Assembly: GCA_963828165.1 (NCBI GenBank)
Contig: CAWHDR010000005.1
Span: 96,001-160,000 of the forward strand
From: an uncultured Chloroflexia bacterium
GTDB taxonomy: Bacteria; Chloroflexota; Limnocylindria; Limnocylindrales; CSP1-4
DNA length: 64,000 nt
Direction of reading: 5' to 3'
Numbering within the stretch: position 1 is the first letter of the stretch; the number at the start of each line of letters is the position of its first letter. The notes under the pieces were generated by a model. The model had not been told where the DNA came from. It was given only the letters and a program-made list of their open reading frames with translations, and searched no databases. The position numbers and the translations under genes were made by a program. Of this stretch, positions 19,772 through 30,470 are shown piece by piece.

Positions 19772-20514
19772 CAGGGGTCGGCTCGGTGGTCTTCCCTGCC
19801 GACCGGCGCTCCGGCCGCATCGTCGCTGCCAGTCTGGTCCGTGGGGTCCGCCGCGCCGGCGGCCGCCGCCCGATCGAACAGCGGTTCGGTCATCGGCTCG
19901 CCGCCCTCCTCCGCGAGGCGCGCCGCGACGTCGCCATCGAGCGGGGGCAGCTCTTCCAGGCTCGTGAGCCCGAACCGCTCGAGGAACTCGAAGCCGGTGC
20001 CGTACAGGAATGGTCGACCTGGCGCCGCGGACCGGCCGAGCTCCACCAGGAGGCGGCGATGCAGCAGCGTCCGCACGGTGTAGTCCGAATCCACGCCGCG
20101 GATCCGCTCGATGGCGGCCTTCGTGACCGGCTGCCGGTACGCCACGATGGCCAACGTCTCGAGCGACGCCGGGGAGAGGCGGACGGCATCCGCGCCCACG
20201 TAGCGGGCGACGAGCGCACCTGCTTCGGCGGCCGTCGCCAGCTCGACGCGGTCGCCGTCGATCAGGAGGCGCACGCCGCGGTCGCGCAGTGAGACCTCGA
20301 GGTCGCCGAGGCGTTCATCCACCGTGGCGCGGTCGGTGCCGGCGAGCGCGGCGATCTCCCGGCGGCTCAATGGGCGTTCGGCCACGAAGAGCAGTGCTTC
20401 CAGCGCGGACTCCGTGAGCTCGATCGGCGGGCGCTCGTCGTCCGTCGGCGCGCCATCGACACGCGCGGGGTCGATGGGATCGGTGGCGGCCAGCTCGAAC
20501 GCCTCGTCGGTCAC
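19771..20514 (-). CDS. scpB: SMC-Scp complex subunit ScpB
   Basis: LEALLF, LETLAIVAYRQP, FLERFGL. Confidence 0.95.
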   Translation of the reverse strand: MTDEAFELAATDPIDPARVDGAPTDDERPPIELTESALEALLFVAERPLSRREIAALAGTDRATVDERLGDLEVSLRDRGVRLLIDGDRVELATAAEAGALVARYVGADAVRLSPASLETLAIVAYRQPVTKAAIERIRGVDSDYTVRTLLHRRLLVELGRSAAPGRPFLYGTGFEFLERFGLTSLEELPPLDGDVAARLAEEGGEPMTEPLFDRAAAAGAADPTDQTGSDDAAGAPVGREDHRADP

Positions 20515-21431
20515 GCGAACGACTCCAGGGTCTCGTCGAGGGGCGCATCCTCGGTATCGGGCGTCGGCGCGAGACCGGCAGCGGCGCGCTCCTCGGCCGT
20601 CGTCGCGCGGGCCACGATCGGGCCCCACGGCTCGGCTTGCTCCACCACGATCTCGCGCCGCTTCATCAGCTCGAGCATGGCCAGGAACGTGACGGCGATC
20701 ACCACGCGGTCGCGGACGCCGGCGAGCAGCTCCTGAAGGACCACGGACGGTGCGCCACGGAGGGCGGCGCGGATGATGGTCGCCCGCTCCGTGAGGGTGA
20801 CCACGCGCTGCATGACCTCGGCCGGCGGCGCTAGGGGCAGCACGATCGCGGCGAGATGCGACACGGCGCTCACCAGCCGGGCCGGATCGAGCGGCGGCGC
20901 ATCCGCGGGCCGTGCTCCGGCCAGACCGGCGGCGCGCGCTGCTCCTGGCTCCCGGCGAAACAGGCCGATCCGCAGGAGCGCGCCATCGGCGAGGCGCTGC
21001 CCGGCATCGCGGTACGCGCGGTAGAGGATGAGCCGGGCGCGAAGCTCGGCCTCGGGATCGGGGCCCTCGTCGGCGATCGCGGTGGGGTCGGCCGCCGTCT
21101 GTCGGGGGAGCATGGCGCGGCTCTTGATGAGGATCAGCTGCGAGGCGACCGCGACGAACGAGCTCACGTTCCCGAGCCGGTCCGATTCGAGCCCCGCGAG
21201 CGCGTCCAGGTAGGCGTCCGCGAGACCGCCGAGCGGGACGGTCAGGACATCGAGCTGACGGGCCTCGATCAGCGACAGCAGGAGGGCAAGCGGCCCATCG
21301 AATTCCGCGATCTGGACCTGGGTGGCGGTCTCCGGCCGGCGACCGTCGCCGAAGCTGACAGCCGGGGTGCCGCGCGCCGGCGCAGGGGTCGGCGCCATCA
21401 CGGGGACGCCCGGGCCGCTGGCCCCCGACAT
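20511..21431 (-). CDS. scpA: Segregation/condensation protein ScpA
   Basis: FDGPLALLLSLI, IKSRAMLP, FLAMLEL. Confidence 0.93.
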   Translation of the reverse strand: MSGASGPGVPVMAPTPAPARGTPAVSFGDGRRPETATQVQIAEFDGPLALLLSLIEARQLDVLTVPLGGLADAYLDALAGLESDRLGNVSSFVAVASQLILIKSRAMLPRQTAADPTAIADEGPDPEAELRARLILYRAYRDAGQRLADGALLRIGLFRREPGAARAAGLAGARPADAPPLDPARLVSAVSHLAAIVLPLAPPAEVMQRVVTLTERATIIRAALRGAPSVVLQELLAGVRDRVVIAVTFLAMLELMKRREIVVEQAEPWGPIVARATTAEERAAAGLAPTPDTEDAPLDETLESFA

Positions 21432-21931
21432 CAGTTGGCCTCGTCCGCGAGCTGGAGGAGGCGGCCCGCCTCAGGATCGACCGGCGCATCCTGGTGCCGG
21501 ATCAGCTCGACCGTCCGCGGCGAGCAACCGGCCGCGCTCGCCAGCGAGGCGGAGACCTCGGCGTGGGCGCGCAGCCGGGCCTGGGCGGCGCGTGCCGGCG
21601 GCAGCACCCCGGCGACCCGCGGGATCCAGCCTCCGTATCGCTGGCCGAGGGCGTACACCACGCGCGGCCACACCCCGGTCAGCCCCTTGCCGGCATCGTG
21701 CAGCAGGCCGGCGAGCAAGACTTCCGGGTCGGTCAGGCCGTCCGCCCGGAGCGTCGCCACGACGTCCAGCCCGTGCCGCCGATCGGCGACGTGCATGCCG
21801 TCGAACAGCGCGAGCTGTGGATCGGTGAGCCAGGTCTCCAGTCCCGCGCGTTCCGCCGGCCCGACCGAGGCCCGCACGTGCGCACGGAACTGGCGCGACC
21901 TAGAGCCCCACCAGGAGCCCAAAGAGCCCAT
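21431..21931 (-). CDS. HD-domain protein
   Basis: DRRHGLDV, LLHDAGK, ADEAN. Confidence 0.85.
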   Translation of the reverse strand: MGSLGSWWGSRSRQFRAHVRASVGPAERAGLETWLTDPQLALFDGMHVADRRHGLDVVATLRADGLTDPEVLLAGLLHDAGKGLTGVWPRVVYALGQRYGGWIPRVAGVLPPARAAQARLRAHAEVSASLASAAGCSPRTVELIRHQDAPVDPEAGRLLQLADEAN

Positions 21932-22586
21932 CCAGGATCGGCCCGATGATCTGCCCACCGATGGAGGCGCCGGGCGGGATGAAGAACAGCAGCAGCAACA
22001 GGATGAAACCGTACTGCTCCAGGACCGGTCGCCACTGCCAGGCCATGCGCGGCGGCATGAAGGCGAACAGCACCTTCGAGCCATCGAGCGGCGGGATCGG
22101 GATCAGGTTGAAGATCATCAGGACCAGGTTGATCAAGACGAAGATCGGGAGGGCCCCGCCGATGAATCCCTGGCTGTCCACCTCGAAGATGAAGCTCGGG
22201 ATGGAATCCCAGAGCGTCGGATTCTCGATCAGGTAGCGGAGCGGCAACGCCGCGGCCGCGGCCAGGATGAGGTTCGAGAGCGGGCCCGCGGCGGCGACCA
22301 GTGCCTCGCCCCGCCGGCCACCCGAGAGGTTCGATGGGTTGACCGGGGTGGGCTTGGCCCAGCCGAAGCCGAAGCTCCCGCCAGATCCCAGGAACGTGAC
22401 CGCGAGCAGGATCCCGCCGAGCGGATCGAAATGGACGATCGGGTTGAGCGTCAGGCGACCGAGCAACTTCGCGGTGCCGTCACCGAGGCGGTACGCCGCC
22501 AGTGCGTGGGCGAACTCATGGACCGGGAAGCCGACCAGGAGCATGATCGCGACCGCGATGGCGATCGGTAGGAGGTCGTCGGGCAC
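21900..22586 (-). CDS. Site-2 protease family protein (M50)
   Basis: HEFAH, GRLTLNP, FNLIPIPPLDGS. Confidence 0.93.
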   Translation of the reverse strand: MPDDLLPIAIAVAIMLLVGFPVHEFAHALAAYRLGDGTAKLLGRLTLNPIVHFDPLGGILLAVTFLGSGGSFGFGWAKPTPVNPSNLSGGRRGEALVAAAGPLSNLILAAAAALPLRYLIENPTLWDSIPSFIFEVDSQGFIGGALPIFVLINLVLMIFNLIPIPPLDGSKVLFAFMPPRMAWQWRPVLEQYGFILLLLLFFIPPGASIGGQIIGPILDGLFGLLVGL

Positions 22587-22650
22587 AGGATCCTTTCGGT
22601 ACGAGTCGCGCGTATCGTAGCCGCGCTGGCCCTCGAGCTCCGACCCGGAC

Positions 22651-23403
22651 CTACAACCGGCTGAGCAGGTCCGCCTTCTTGCGGTCGTACTCCTCGGGGC
22701 TGATCGCGCCCCGGTCGCGCAGGTCGGCCAGGCTCGAGAGTGTCCTGGTCAGCTCGTCCGAGCTCAGGGCCGCGTTCGGCGGCCGGCCGGGCGTGTCGGC
22801 CGACACGGTCTCGTCCCCGTCGGTGGCGGCGCGCGCCGCCGGCGCAGCGACCGGCCGCGGTGCCTCGGTACGCAGCGGCGGGCTCGGGGCGTACCCGGTG
22901 CCCGCCACATCGCGCTCGTACTCGTGCTTGGCGTCGAGCATGGCCTTCTTGAACCCGACCGGGTTACGGATCATGCGGAAGCGCTCGACGCCAGTCTCCG
23001 CGGCGGTGAGGATGTCGAGATCGCCGAAGCCGAACATCCGCCCGAACACGGACTGCGAGAGCCGCGCGTCGTTGATCTTCTCGAGCGAGCTGTCCGTGGA
23101 GGTCTTGTTGAGCACGCCGGCGACCTGCAGGACGCGCCGGTTCGTCAGCACGTACTCCTGGTTGAGGTAGCGGAGGATGTGCCAGCCGAGCACGCCAAGT
23201 CCGCCGATGACCAGGGCCGCGACGCCGATGCCGACGATCCCTCGCTGGTCAGGCCCGACGTTCTGGCTCAGGACCAGCAGGACGAAGCCCAGGATGATGG
23301 CGCCGACCGCGATCTTCGCGCCCCACACGAACACGAACCAGTGCTGTTTCTCGCGGTGGGCGATCCGCTCCCCGGTCGAGAGCAGTCCGTCGGCGTAGCT
23401 CAT
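22651..23403 (-). CDS. Membrane protein with bacterial PH domain and C-terminal SHOCT
   Basis: YVLTNRRV..QSVFGRMFGFGD; LRDRGAISPEEYDRKK. Confidence 0.88.
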   Translation of the reverse strand: MSYADGLLSTGERIAHREKQHWFVFVWGAKIAVGAIILGFVLLVLSQNVGPDQRGIVGIGVAALVIGGLGVLGWHILRYLNQEYVLTNRRVLQVAGVLNKTSTDSSLEKINDARLSQSVFGRMFGFGDLDILTAAETGVERFRMIRNPVGFKKAMLDAKHEYERDVAGTGYAPSPPLRTEAPRPVAAPAARAATDGDETVSADTPGRPPNAALSSDELTRTLSSLADLRDRGAISPEEYDRKKADLLSRL

Positions 23404-23424
23404 GCCCCGTGTCCCTCCTGGCGA

Positions 23425-24342
23425 TCAGGCCCGCGGATGGGCCCGGCGATAGACATCCCGGATCCGCTCCCCGGTCAGATGCGTGTACAGCTGGGTCGTG
23501 GAGATACTCGCATGACCGAGCAACTCCTGGACGACCCGCAGGTCGGCCCCACCCTCGAGCAGGTGCGTCGCGAACGAGTGCCGGAGCGTGTGCGGGCTCA
23601 CCCGGCCGCCGAGGCCGGCCCGCCTGGCCGCCGACGTCACGGCCGCCCAGGCCGCCTGCCGCGCGAGCCGCGCCCCGCGATCCCCGAGGAACAACGGTCC
23701 GCCGCGGACCGGCGACACGTGACTGTGGGCGAGGAGCGCGGGCCGCGGTCCATCGATCCAAACGATGAGCCAGTCCAGGGCGATCTCGCCGATGGGGACG
23801 AGGCGCTCCTTGTCGCCCTTGCCGATGACGCGCACGAACGCCCCCTCGAGCGACAGGTCCTCGCGATCGAGGCCGACGGCCTCGCTCACCCGCAGGCCTG
23901 CCGCGTACAGCAGCTCGAGCAGCGCCCGGTCGCGCACGCCGCGCTCGGACGCAGCCTCGAGCAGGCGCTCCACCTCGCCGACATCGAGCGTATCGGGCAA
24001 GCGTCGGCTCTGGCGGGGCAGGTCCAGGTGGGTCGCCACGTCTACGTCGATCAGGCCCTCGCCGAACGCGAATTGGTAGAAGCCCTTGAGCGCGGCCGCC
24101 CGCCGCCGCAGGCTCGTGGGGGCGAGGCCCGTATCGCCGCGGCGTCCGCGCTGGGTTCGGGCCGCGAGATAGCGCACGGCCGGGTCGGGCGAACGGGCCC
24201 ACGCACCGTCCTCGCCCAGCGACCCCCCGAAGTCCGTGAGATCGCCGCGGTAGGCGCGGATCGTGGCGGGCGCGAGGCCCCGCTCGACGTGAAGGTACGC
24301 GAGGTAGTCCTCGACGACCCGCTCGAGGGAGACGGTCGTCAC
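23425..24342 (-). CDS. xerD: Tyrosine recombinase XerD
   Basis: [39 protein letters not shown]. Confidence 0.9.
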   Translation of the reverse strand: MTTVSLERVVEDYLAYLHVERGLAPATIRAYRGDLTDFGGSLGEDGAWARSPDPAVRYLAARTQRGRRGDTGLAPTSLRRRAAALKGFYQFAFGEGLIDVDVATHLDLPRQSRRLPDTLDVGEVERLLEAASERGVRDRALLELLYAAGLRVSEAVGLDREDLSLEGAFVRVIGKGDKERLVPIGEIALDWLIVWIDGPRPALLAHSHVSPVRGGPLFLGDRGARLARQAAWAAVTSAARRAGLGGRVSPHTLRHSFATHLLEGGADLRVVQELLGHASISTTQLYTHLTGERIRDVYRRAHPRA

Positions 24343-26078
24343 GCCGGCCGGTCGGCCCCTGCCGAGCCGACGGCCGCTCCCCCGCCCCGCCAGGCGTCGG
24401 CCCGGTCGAGCAGCTCTCGCGCCGACGCCAGGGCCGCCGGATCGCCCGGACCGCCACCGAGCATCGCCGCGAGCTCGACGATCCGTCCCTCGCGATCGAG
24501 ACGCTCCACCTCGGTGACGGTGCGGCCATCGCGCTCGCGCTTGGCGATGCGGTAGTGCGCGTCGGCGTGGGCCGCGATCTGGGGCAGATGGGTGACGCAC
24601 AGGACCTGGTGTCGGCGAGCCAGACCCCACAGGCTCCTGCCGATCGGGTCGGCGCTGCGTCCGCCGATGCCGCTGTCCACCTCGTCGAAGACCAGCGTGG
24701 GCGTCGCGTCGGCTTCGGCCAGGATCCGCTTGATGGCGAGGGCGACCCGGGACAGCTCGCCGCCCGACGCGATCTTCGCGAGTGGCCGCGCCGGCTCACC
24801 CGGGTTCGGGGCGAGGCGATAGACCACTTGGTCGACGCCGGCCGCATCGAAGGCGACGGCGTCGCCATCGACCTCGACCGCCGCCTCGCCGGCGCCCGCC
24901 GTACGGCGCCCGACCGCCACTTCGAAGACGTCGGCCGGGAAACCCAGCTCCTCGAGGACCTCCCCCACCGCCGACCCGAGGCCCGTCGCCGTGCCCCGAC
25001 GAGCCGCCGACAGCGCCGTCGCGGCCGCCGCGACCTCGGCCAGCCGCTCGGCATCCTCTCGCTGGCGGCGCGCGCGCTCTTCGTCGAGGCCGCGCAGGCG
25101 ATCCGCTTCGAGGGAGGCTTGTTCGCCGTGCGCGATGACCGCCGCCTCGTCGTCGCCGTACCGTCGAAGGAGCCCGTGGATGACCCCAAGCCGAGCATCG
25201 AGTTCGGCGACTGCGCGCGGATCGTGGTCCACGCTCTCGGACAGGCGGCGCGCCTCCTCGGCGACGTCGGTCAGCTCCGCCTCCAGGCCGGCCAGTCGTT
25301 CGGCGAGCGGTTCGAAGCGCGGATCGAGTCGGGCCAGTCCGCGGGCCTCCTGCAGGGCGACCGCTGCGGTGTCTCGGGCGCCGGCTCCCTCCTGGGTGAG
25401 CGCTTCGCGCAGGGACGCGGCGCCCCGGGCGATCGCCTCGCCATGCTGCGCCGCCGTCAGACGGCCGCGGATCTCGTCCGCCTCGCCAGGTCGGAGGTGC
25501 GCGCCCGCGATCTCGGCCGCCTCGTGTTCGAGCAGGTCCAGGCGGCGGGCAACCTCTCGCGGATCCAGCGCGGCCGCGTCGAGCGCGGCCCGGTTCTCGC
25601 GCCAGCGCTCCACGGCACCCGCCATCGTCGCGCGCAGCTCGCCGTGGCCACCGAAGCCGTCGAGCAGATCGCGCTGCCAGCGCTCGTCGAGCAAACGTCC
25701 CTGGTCGTTCTGGCCATGCACCTCGACCATGGCGCCGACCTCGTCGGCCAGGCGGGCCGCCGTCACCGTGGCGTCGTCGAGGCGCGCCGTGGACCGGCCG
25801 CTCGCCGCGACCTCCCGGACCGCGATCAAGGGCTCGGGCATGCGATCGAACAGGGCCTCGACCCGCGCGGCCTCGGCGCCGTGACGCACCAAGCCGGTAT
25901 CCGCGCGGGCCCCCATGGCCAGCCCGAGCGCGTCGATCAGCAGGCTCTTGCCGGCCCCCGTCTCGCCCGTGATGACGTTGAGACCGGCGTCGAAGGCGAG
26001 GCGCAATCGGTCGATGAGCGCGAGGTCGGAGACCGTCAGCTCCAGGAGGCGCCCCGGGGTCGCGGTGTCGTCGCTCAC
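24339..26078 (-). CDS. recN: DNA repair protein RecN
   Basis: [27 protein letters not shown]. Confidence 0.96.
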   Translation of the reverse strand: MSDDTATPGRLLELTVSDLALIDRLRLAFDAGLNVITGETGAGKSLLIDALGLAMGARADTGLVRHGAEAARVEALFDRMPEPLIAVREVAASGRSTARLDDATVTAARLADEVGAMVEVHGQNDQGRLLDERWQRDLLDGFGGHGELRATMAGAVERWRENRAALDAAALDPREVARRLDLLEHEAAEIAGAHLRPGEADEIRGRLTAAQHGEAIARGAASLREALTQEGAGARDTAAVALQEARGLARLDPRFEPLAERLAGLEAELTDVAEEARRLSESVDHDPRAVAELDARLGVIHGLLRRYGDDEAAVIAHGEQASLEADRLRGLDEERARRQREDAERLAEVAAAATALSAARRGTATGLGSAVGEVLEELGFPADVFEVAVGRRTAGAGEAAVEVDGDAVAFDAAGVDQVVYRLAPNPGEPARPLAKIASGGELSRVALAIKRILAEADATPTLVFDEVDSGIGGRSADPIGRSLWGLARRHQVLCVTHLPQIAAHADAHYRIAKRERDGRTVTEVERLDREGRIVELAAMLGGGPGDPAALASARELLDRADAWRGGGAAVGSAGADRPA

Positions 26079-26926
26079 GACGGCAGCAGCTCCACCTTGT
26101 GGCGTAGCAGGTCCCAGAACGAGAGGGCGCCGCGCGGGTGCAGGAGGCGGACCGGTCGTTCCAGCGCCCGCACCTCGACCACGTCCCCGACGGCGATCTG
26201 CAGGTCCTCGCGACCGTCGACCGACACCAGCGCCTCGTGCGCGTCGACGACGCGGCAGCGGACGACCTGCTCGGGGCCGACGACGACGGAGCGGAAGGCC
26301 GACAGGTAGGCGGCGATCGGGGTGACGATGAGGTTCCGGCTGACCGGGTCCAGGATCGGACCGCCGGCCGAGAACGAATACCCGGTGGAGCCCGTCGGGC
26401 TCGCGACGATGAGGCCGTCCGCGATGAAGGTCGCGAGATGCGTGTCGTCGATGGAGACGTCGAGCCGGCACACCCGGGCCAGCGATCCCCGGGCGATGAC
26501 GATGTCGTTGAGGGCCATGTGCCGGTCGGCGTCCCCTGCCCCGCCGCCTGAGGCACGCAGGATGCGGCCTTCGATGACCATGCGTTCGTCGAAGGTGAAC
26601 TCGCCGGCAGCGATCCGTTGGAGCACGGTCTCGAGGTCGCTGGCCTCGGCCTTCGAAAGGAAGCCAACCTTGCCGAGGTTGATCCCGAGGATGGGGACGT
26701 CCACCTCCGCCACGGCGCGCGCCGCCCGGAGGAACGTGCCGTCGCCACCGAGCACGATGAGCGCGTCGGTCGTCGGCAGCTCGCGCAGGAGTCGTTCGGT
26801 GTCGCCGGCTGGGCACTGCCACTCCCCGATCCCTCGCATCTGGCACCAACCCGCAGCTCGCGCGGCAAGCTCCGCGGTCGGCTCCTGGGTCGGGTTGTAG
26901 GCGAACCCGATGCGCGCGACGGTCAT
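26075..26926 (-). CDS. nadK: NAD kinase
   Basis: GGDGTFL, SPTGSTGYSFSAGG. Confidence 0.95.
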   Translation of the reverse strand: MTVARIGFAYNPTQEPTAELAARAAGWCQMRGIGEWQCPAGDTERLLRELPTTDALIVLGGDGTFLRAARAVAEVDVPILGINLGKVGFLSKAEASDLETVLQRIAAGEFTFDERMVIEGRILRASGGGAGDADRHMALNDIVIARGSLARVCRLDVSIDDTHLATFIADGLIVASPTGSTGYSFSAGGPILDPVSRNLIVTPIAAYLSAFRSVVVGPEQVVRCRVVDAHEALVSVDGREDLQIAVGDVVEVRALERPVRLLHPRGALSFWDLLRHKVELLPS

Positions 26927-27747
26927 GGAGTCGTGACCTCGGCGATCCGCTCGCCGATCTCGGCGCAGCCGGGGCCGGGCGCAAGGTGGATGAGGAACTC
27001 GCGATTGCCCTGGGGACCGAGGATCGGTGAGGCGATGACCGCGCGCGTGCCGAGGCCGTGTTCCGCCGCCACGGCGACGATCCGCTCGATTACCTCGCGG
27101 TGGATCTCCGGATCGCGCACGACGCCGTGGTCCGTCCGGCCCTTGCCCGCCTCGAACTGCGGCTTGACCAGGGCCACGATCGGCGCTTGCGGAGCAAGCG
27201 TGCTGACCACCGGCCCGAGCACCTTGTCGAGGGAGATGAACGAGACGTCGACGACCGCGAGATCCATCGGCTCCCGGAACGTCGCGCCGGTCAGGGTCCG
27301 TGCGTTCGTTCGCTCCATCGAAGTGACCCGTGGGTCGCGACGGAGCCGCTCGGCGAGCTGGCCACGACCGACATCGAGCGCGTACACGTGCCGCGCGCCG
27401 CGCTGGATCAGGACGTCCGTGAACCCGCCCGTCGAAGCCCCCACGTCCAGGACGGTCAGCCCGGTCGGGTCGATCCCGAACGCGTCGAGCGCGGCTGCCA
27501 GCTTGTGCCCGCCACGGCTGACGTACGGATCCGGCTGGGCCACCTCGATCGCGGTCGCGGGGTCGAGCGCGTCGCCGGGCTTGTGATCGAGGCGCGCCCC
27601 GTCACCGTCCCCGACCCGGACCTTGCCCGCCAGCACGAGCGCCTGCGCGCGGCTGCGCGTCTCCACCAGCCCGCGCTCGACCAGCAGCTGATCGAGCCGG
27701 ACGCGCGCGCTCCGGCGCTTGGGTCTGGCGACGGGATCCGGGGTCAC
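26923..27747 (-). CDS. tlyA: TlyA family rRNA 2'-O-methyltransferase
   Basis: RLDQLL S4 domain, YVSRGGHKL, GASTGGFTD, KPQFE. Confidence 0.95.
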   Translation of the reverse strand: MTPDPVARPKRRSARVRLDQLLVERGLVETRSRAQALVLAGKVRVGDGDGARLDHKPGDALDPATAIEVAQPDPYVSRGGHKLAAALDAFGIDPTGLTVLDVGASTGGFTDVLIQRGARHVYALDVGRGQLAERLRRDPRVTSMERTNARTLTGATFREPMDLAVVDVSFISLDKVLGPVVSTLAPQAPIVALVKPQFEAGKGRTDHGVVRDPEIHREVIERIVAVAAEHGLGTRAVIASPILGPQGNREFLIHLAPGPGCAEIGERIAEVTTP

Positions 27748-27801
27748 GCCCGTATCGTGGCACAGCCCGCTCTCCCGGGGCTCAACGACGGGTCGCGCGG
27801 G

Positions 27802-29850
27802 TCAGCTGGTGGCGACCTCGGAGCCGGAGCGTCCCGGCGTCGCCTGCATCGCCGCCAGCGCCTCGCGCACCTGGTCGGCGAGACCCGGGGCATCGAGGCG
27901 GAGCAGGCGACGGAGATCCGCCACGGACCCGTGATCGACGAACCGGTCGCCCGGGATCCCGACGACCCGCACCGGCACGTCGCGGTACGACGGATCGGCC
28001 AGGCGTGCCTCCTCGAACAGCTCGAGCACGCCGCTCCCAAAGCCACCGGTCACGACGCTTTCCTCGAAGGTCACGACAAGTCGCTTGCCGCGCGCCGCGT
28101 CCAGGATCAGCTGCCGGTCGAGGGGCTTGGCGAAGCGGGCGTTGATGACACCGATCGACCACCCCTCCGATTCGAGCGCCGCCGCGGCCTCCACGACCCG
28201 CGCCACGATCGGCCCGAACCCGACGAACAGCAGGTCCCGGCCCTCACGCAACGTCTCGGCCTGCCCGACCGCGAGCACCGCCGGCTCCACCGGCGCCAGC
28301 CCGAATCCGGCATCGCGCGGGTAGTGCAGGGCAAACGGCCGATCCTGGGCCAGCGCCGTGTGCAGGAGCGAACGCAACTCCTGCTCGTCCTTCGGCGAGG
28401 CGATCACGAGGTTCGGCAGCTGGCGCTGGGCCGGCAACACGAACATGCCCTGGTGGCTCGTGCCGTCCTCGCCCACGAGACCTGAGCGATCGACGGCGAG
28501 CAGGACCGGCTGATCGTTCTGGCAGACGTCGTGGACGGTCTGGTCGAACGCGCGCTGAAGGAACGTGGAATAGAGGGCCACGACCGGACGCATGCCGCCC
28601 ATCGCGAGGCCGGTCGCCAGCGTGACTGCGTGCTGCTCGGCGATCCCGACGTCGAACACGCGATCCGGGAACACCTCGGCGAACTTCGACATCCCGGTCC
28701 CGGTCGGCATGCCCGCGGTGATGCCGACGATGCGGCGATCCGTCCGGGCGAGCTCGATCAGCTCTGCCGCGAACACGGCCGTGTAATTCGGGTGCTTCTT
28801 CGGTGCTGCGGGCTCCGGGGTCGGTGCCGCCGCGTCGTCGGCCATCGTTTCGGTCGGCATCGAGGCGGGGGCCGCGACCATCGCCTTGGCACTGCTCTTC
28901 GCCTTCGATCCGTCGTAGGCGTCCGTCTGCGGCGTGAGGGCCATGGGCGGCAGTGCGGCGCCGTGGAAGCTGACCTGATCTTCGATCGCCGGCCGGAAGC
29001 CGCGGCCCTTCTGCGTGCGCACGTGCACGATCGTGGGCCCCGGCAGCGAAAGCGCGGCACCGAGCGTTTCGATCAATGCCCGAAGATCGTGCCCCGGAAC
29101 GACGCCGATATAGGTCAACCCGAGGTCCTCGAACAGCTGACCGGGCTGGGCGAACCGGACCACCGAGGCCCGCAGTCGCTTCGACAGCTCGAGGATGTGC
29201 GGGCCGAGGACGGGCACGCGTTCCACGGTCCGGTCGTATGCGCTCTTGCTCTGGCGCCAGGCGCTCGACAGCTTGATCTGCGAGAGGTACTTCGAGAACG
29301 CACCGACGGTCGGGCTGATCGACATCTCGTTGTCGTTGACGACGATCAGCATCTGGGTCTGACGCTGGCCGATGTCGTTGAGCGCCTCGAGCGAGAGACC
29401 GCTCATCAACGCCGCGTCCCCGACGACGACCGCGATGCGTTCCATGCCATGGCGCAGGTCGCGTGCCTCCGCGAGGCCCTCGGCGATCGAGAGGCCGGTT
29501 CCGGCGTGGCCACCGTCGAACACGTCATGGGGCGACTCGCTCCTGCGCGGGAAGCCACCGACGCCGTCGAGCGCGCGCAGCGACGAGAAGCGGGCCAGAC
29601 GGCCGGTCAGCAGCTTGTGCGGGTACGCCTGATGGCCGGTGTCCCAGACGATCCGGTCGCGCGGCGACTCGAGCAGCCGGTGGAGGGCGATCGTCAGCTC
29701 CACCACCCCCAGTGACGAACCCAGGTGACCGCCGGTCTCGGCGACGGTGCGGATGATCGTGTCGCGGATCTCGGCGGCCAGCTGCGTCAGCTGCGTCTCG
29801 GACAGGCCGCGCAGGTCGGCGGGGCCTTGAAGCTCGGAAAGGATGGACAA
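27802..29850 (-). CDS. dxs: 1-deoxy-D-xylulose-5-phosphate synthase
   Basis: GGHLGSSLG, GHQAYPHK, GIAEQHA, DRSG.VGEDG.SH. Confidence 0.97.
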   Translation of the reverse strand: MSILSELQGPADLRGLSETQLTQLAAEIRDTIIRTVAETGGHLGSSLGVVELTIALHRLLESPRDRIVWDTGHQAYPHKLLTGRLARFSSLRALDGVGGFPRRSESPHDVFDGGHAGTGLSIAEGLAEARDLRHGMERIAVVVGDAALMSGLSLEALNDIGQRQTQMLIVVNDNEMSISPTVGAFSKYLSQIKLSSAWRQSKSAYDRTVERVPVLGPHILELSKRLRASVVRFAQPGQLFEDLGLTYIGVVPGHDLRALIETLGAALSLPGPTIVHVRTQKGRGFRPAIEDQVSFHGAALPPMALTPQTDAYDGSKAKSSAKAMVAAPASMPTETMADDAAAPTPEPAAPKKHPNYTAVFAAELIELARTDRRIVGITAGMPTGTGMSKFAEVFPDRVFDVGIAEQHAVTLATGLAMGGMRPVVALYSTFLQRAFDQTVHDVCQNDQPVLLAVDRSGLVGEDGTSHQGMFVLPAQRQLPNLVIASPKDEQELRSLLHTALAQDRPFALHYPRDAGFGLAPVEPAVLAVGQAETLREGRDLLFVGFGPIVARVVEAAAALESEGWSIGVINARFAKPLDRQLILDAARGKRLVVTFEESVVTGGFGSGVLELFEEARLADPSYRDVPVRVVGIPGDRFVDHGSVADLRRLLRLDAPGLADQVREALAAMQATPGRSGSEVATS

Positions 29851-30064
29851 AGTCGGAGCGCTCCTGTGCTGTCCCCTCGCGGCAGTCTACTGCGGCTCGG
29901 TCGCCAAAGGGCCCGCGAGGGCCGCCAGCATGATAGGTGATACCTCCACGGAGCAGGTTTTCAGCGACCGGGTGGGTGGACCCATGCCCTGACGGATGGG
30001 TCGTCGCGTTTGGAACGGCGTCCTCCCCGGAACGCCCGCGCGCATCGCGATCGGCCGGAGCTCG

Positions 30065-30340
30065 TCAGCTCTCGTCGACGCCGCCTTCGGCCGTCACGTC
30101 GATCGTCTCGAGGCCACCGGGCTTGGCGACGAGCTGGCGCATCCGGAGCTCGGCGCTCCGGAGCAGGGTCTCGCAGCGCTCGAGCAGGGCCGCCCCTCGC
30201 TCGTGGAGTGCCAGCGTGCGCTCCAGCGGGAGGCCGCCAGTCTCGAGCTCGGCGATCGTCCGCTGGAGCTCGGCCAGGGCGTCGTCGAAGGTCAGATCGT
30301 CGATCGGCGGCGCCGCGTCAATCGGTTCCGTCACCGGCAT
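30065..30340 (-). CDS. xseB: Exodeoxyribonuclease VII small subunit
   Basis: TFDDALAEL..LETG.LPLE..ERG. Confidence 0.9.
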   Translation of the reverse strand: MPVTEPIDAAPPIDDLTFDDALAELQRTIAELETGGLPLERTLALHERGAALLERCETLLRSAELRMRQLVAKPGGLETIDVTAEGGVDES

Positions 30341-30470
30341 CCTCATCCTTGGGTTCGGAGACCCGCTCGCTCATGCGCCCGATGCGGGGGGCGACCAGCA
30401 TACCGACCACGACCCCGACGATGGCGACGACGGCCACGAACCCGACGAAGACGAGCAGCTCGCCGATCAC
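30318..30470 (-). CDS. Small single-TM protein (50 aa) between xseA and xseB
   Basis: MIGELLVFVGFVAVVAIVGVVVGMLVAPRIGR..DGTD; GTG overlaps the xseA TGA. Confidence 0.65.
   Translation of the reverse strand: MIGELLVFVGFVAVVAIVGVVVGMLVAPRIGRMSERVSEPKDEDAGDGTD

Noticed and set aside
23425-24342. Tyrosine recombinase as the island integrase
   Set aside because: XerD-type sequence coupled to recN in core context, about 10 kb from the tRNA.
28790-28945. Ala/Pro-rich insertion in Dxs
   Set aside because: Lies in the known variable inter-domain linker; catalytic motifs are intact.
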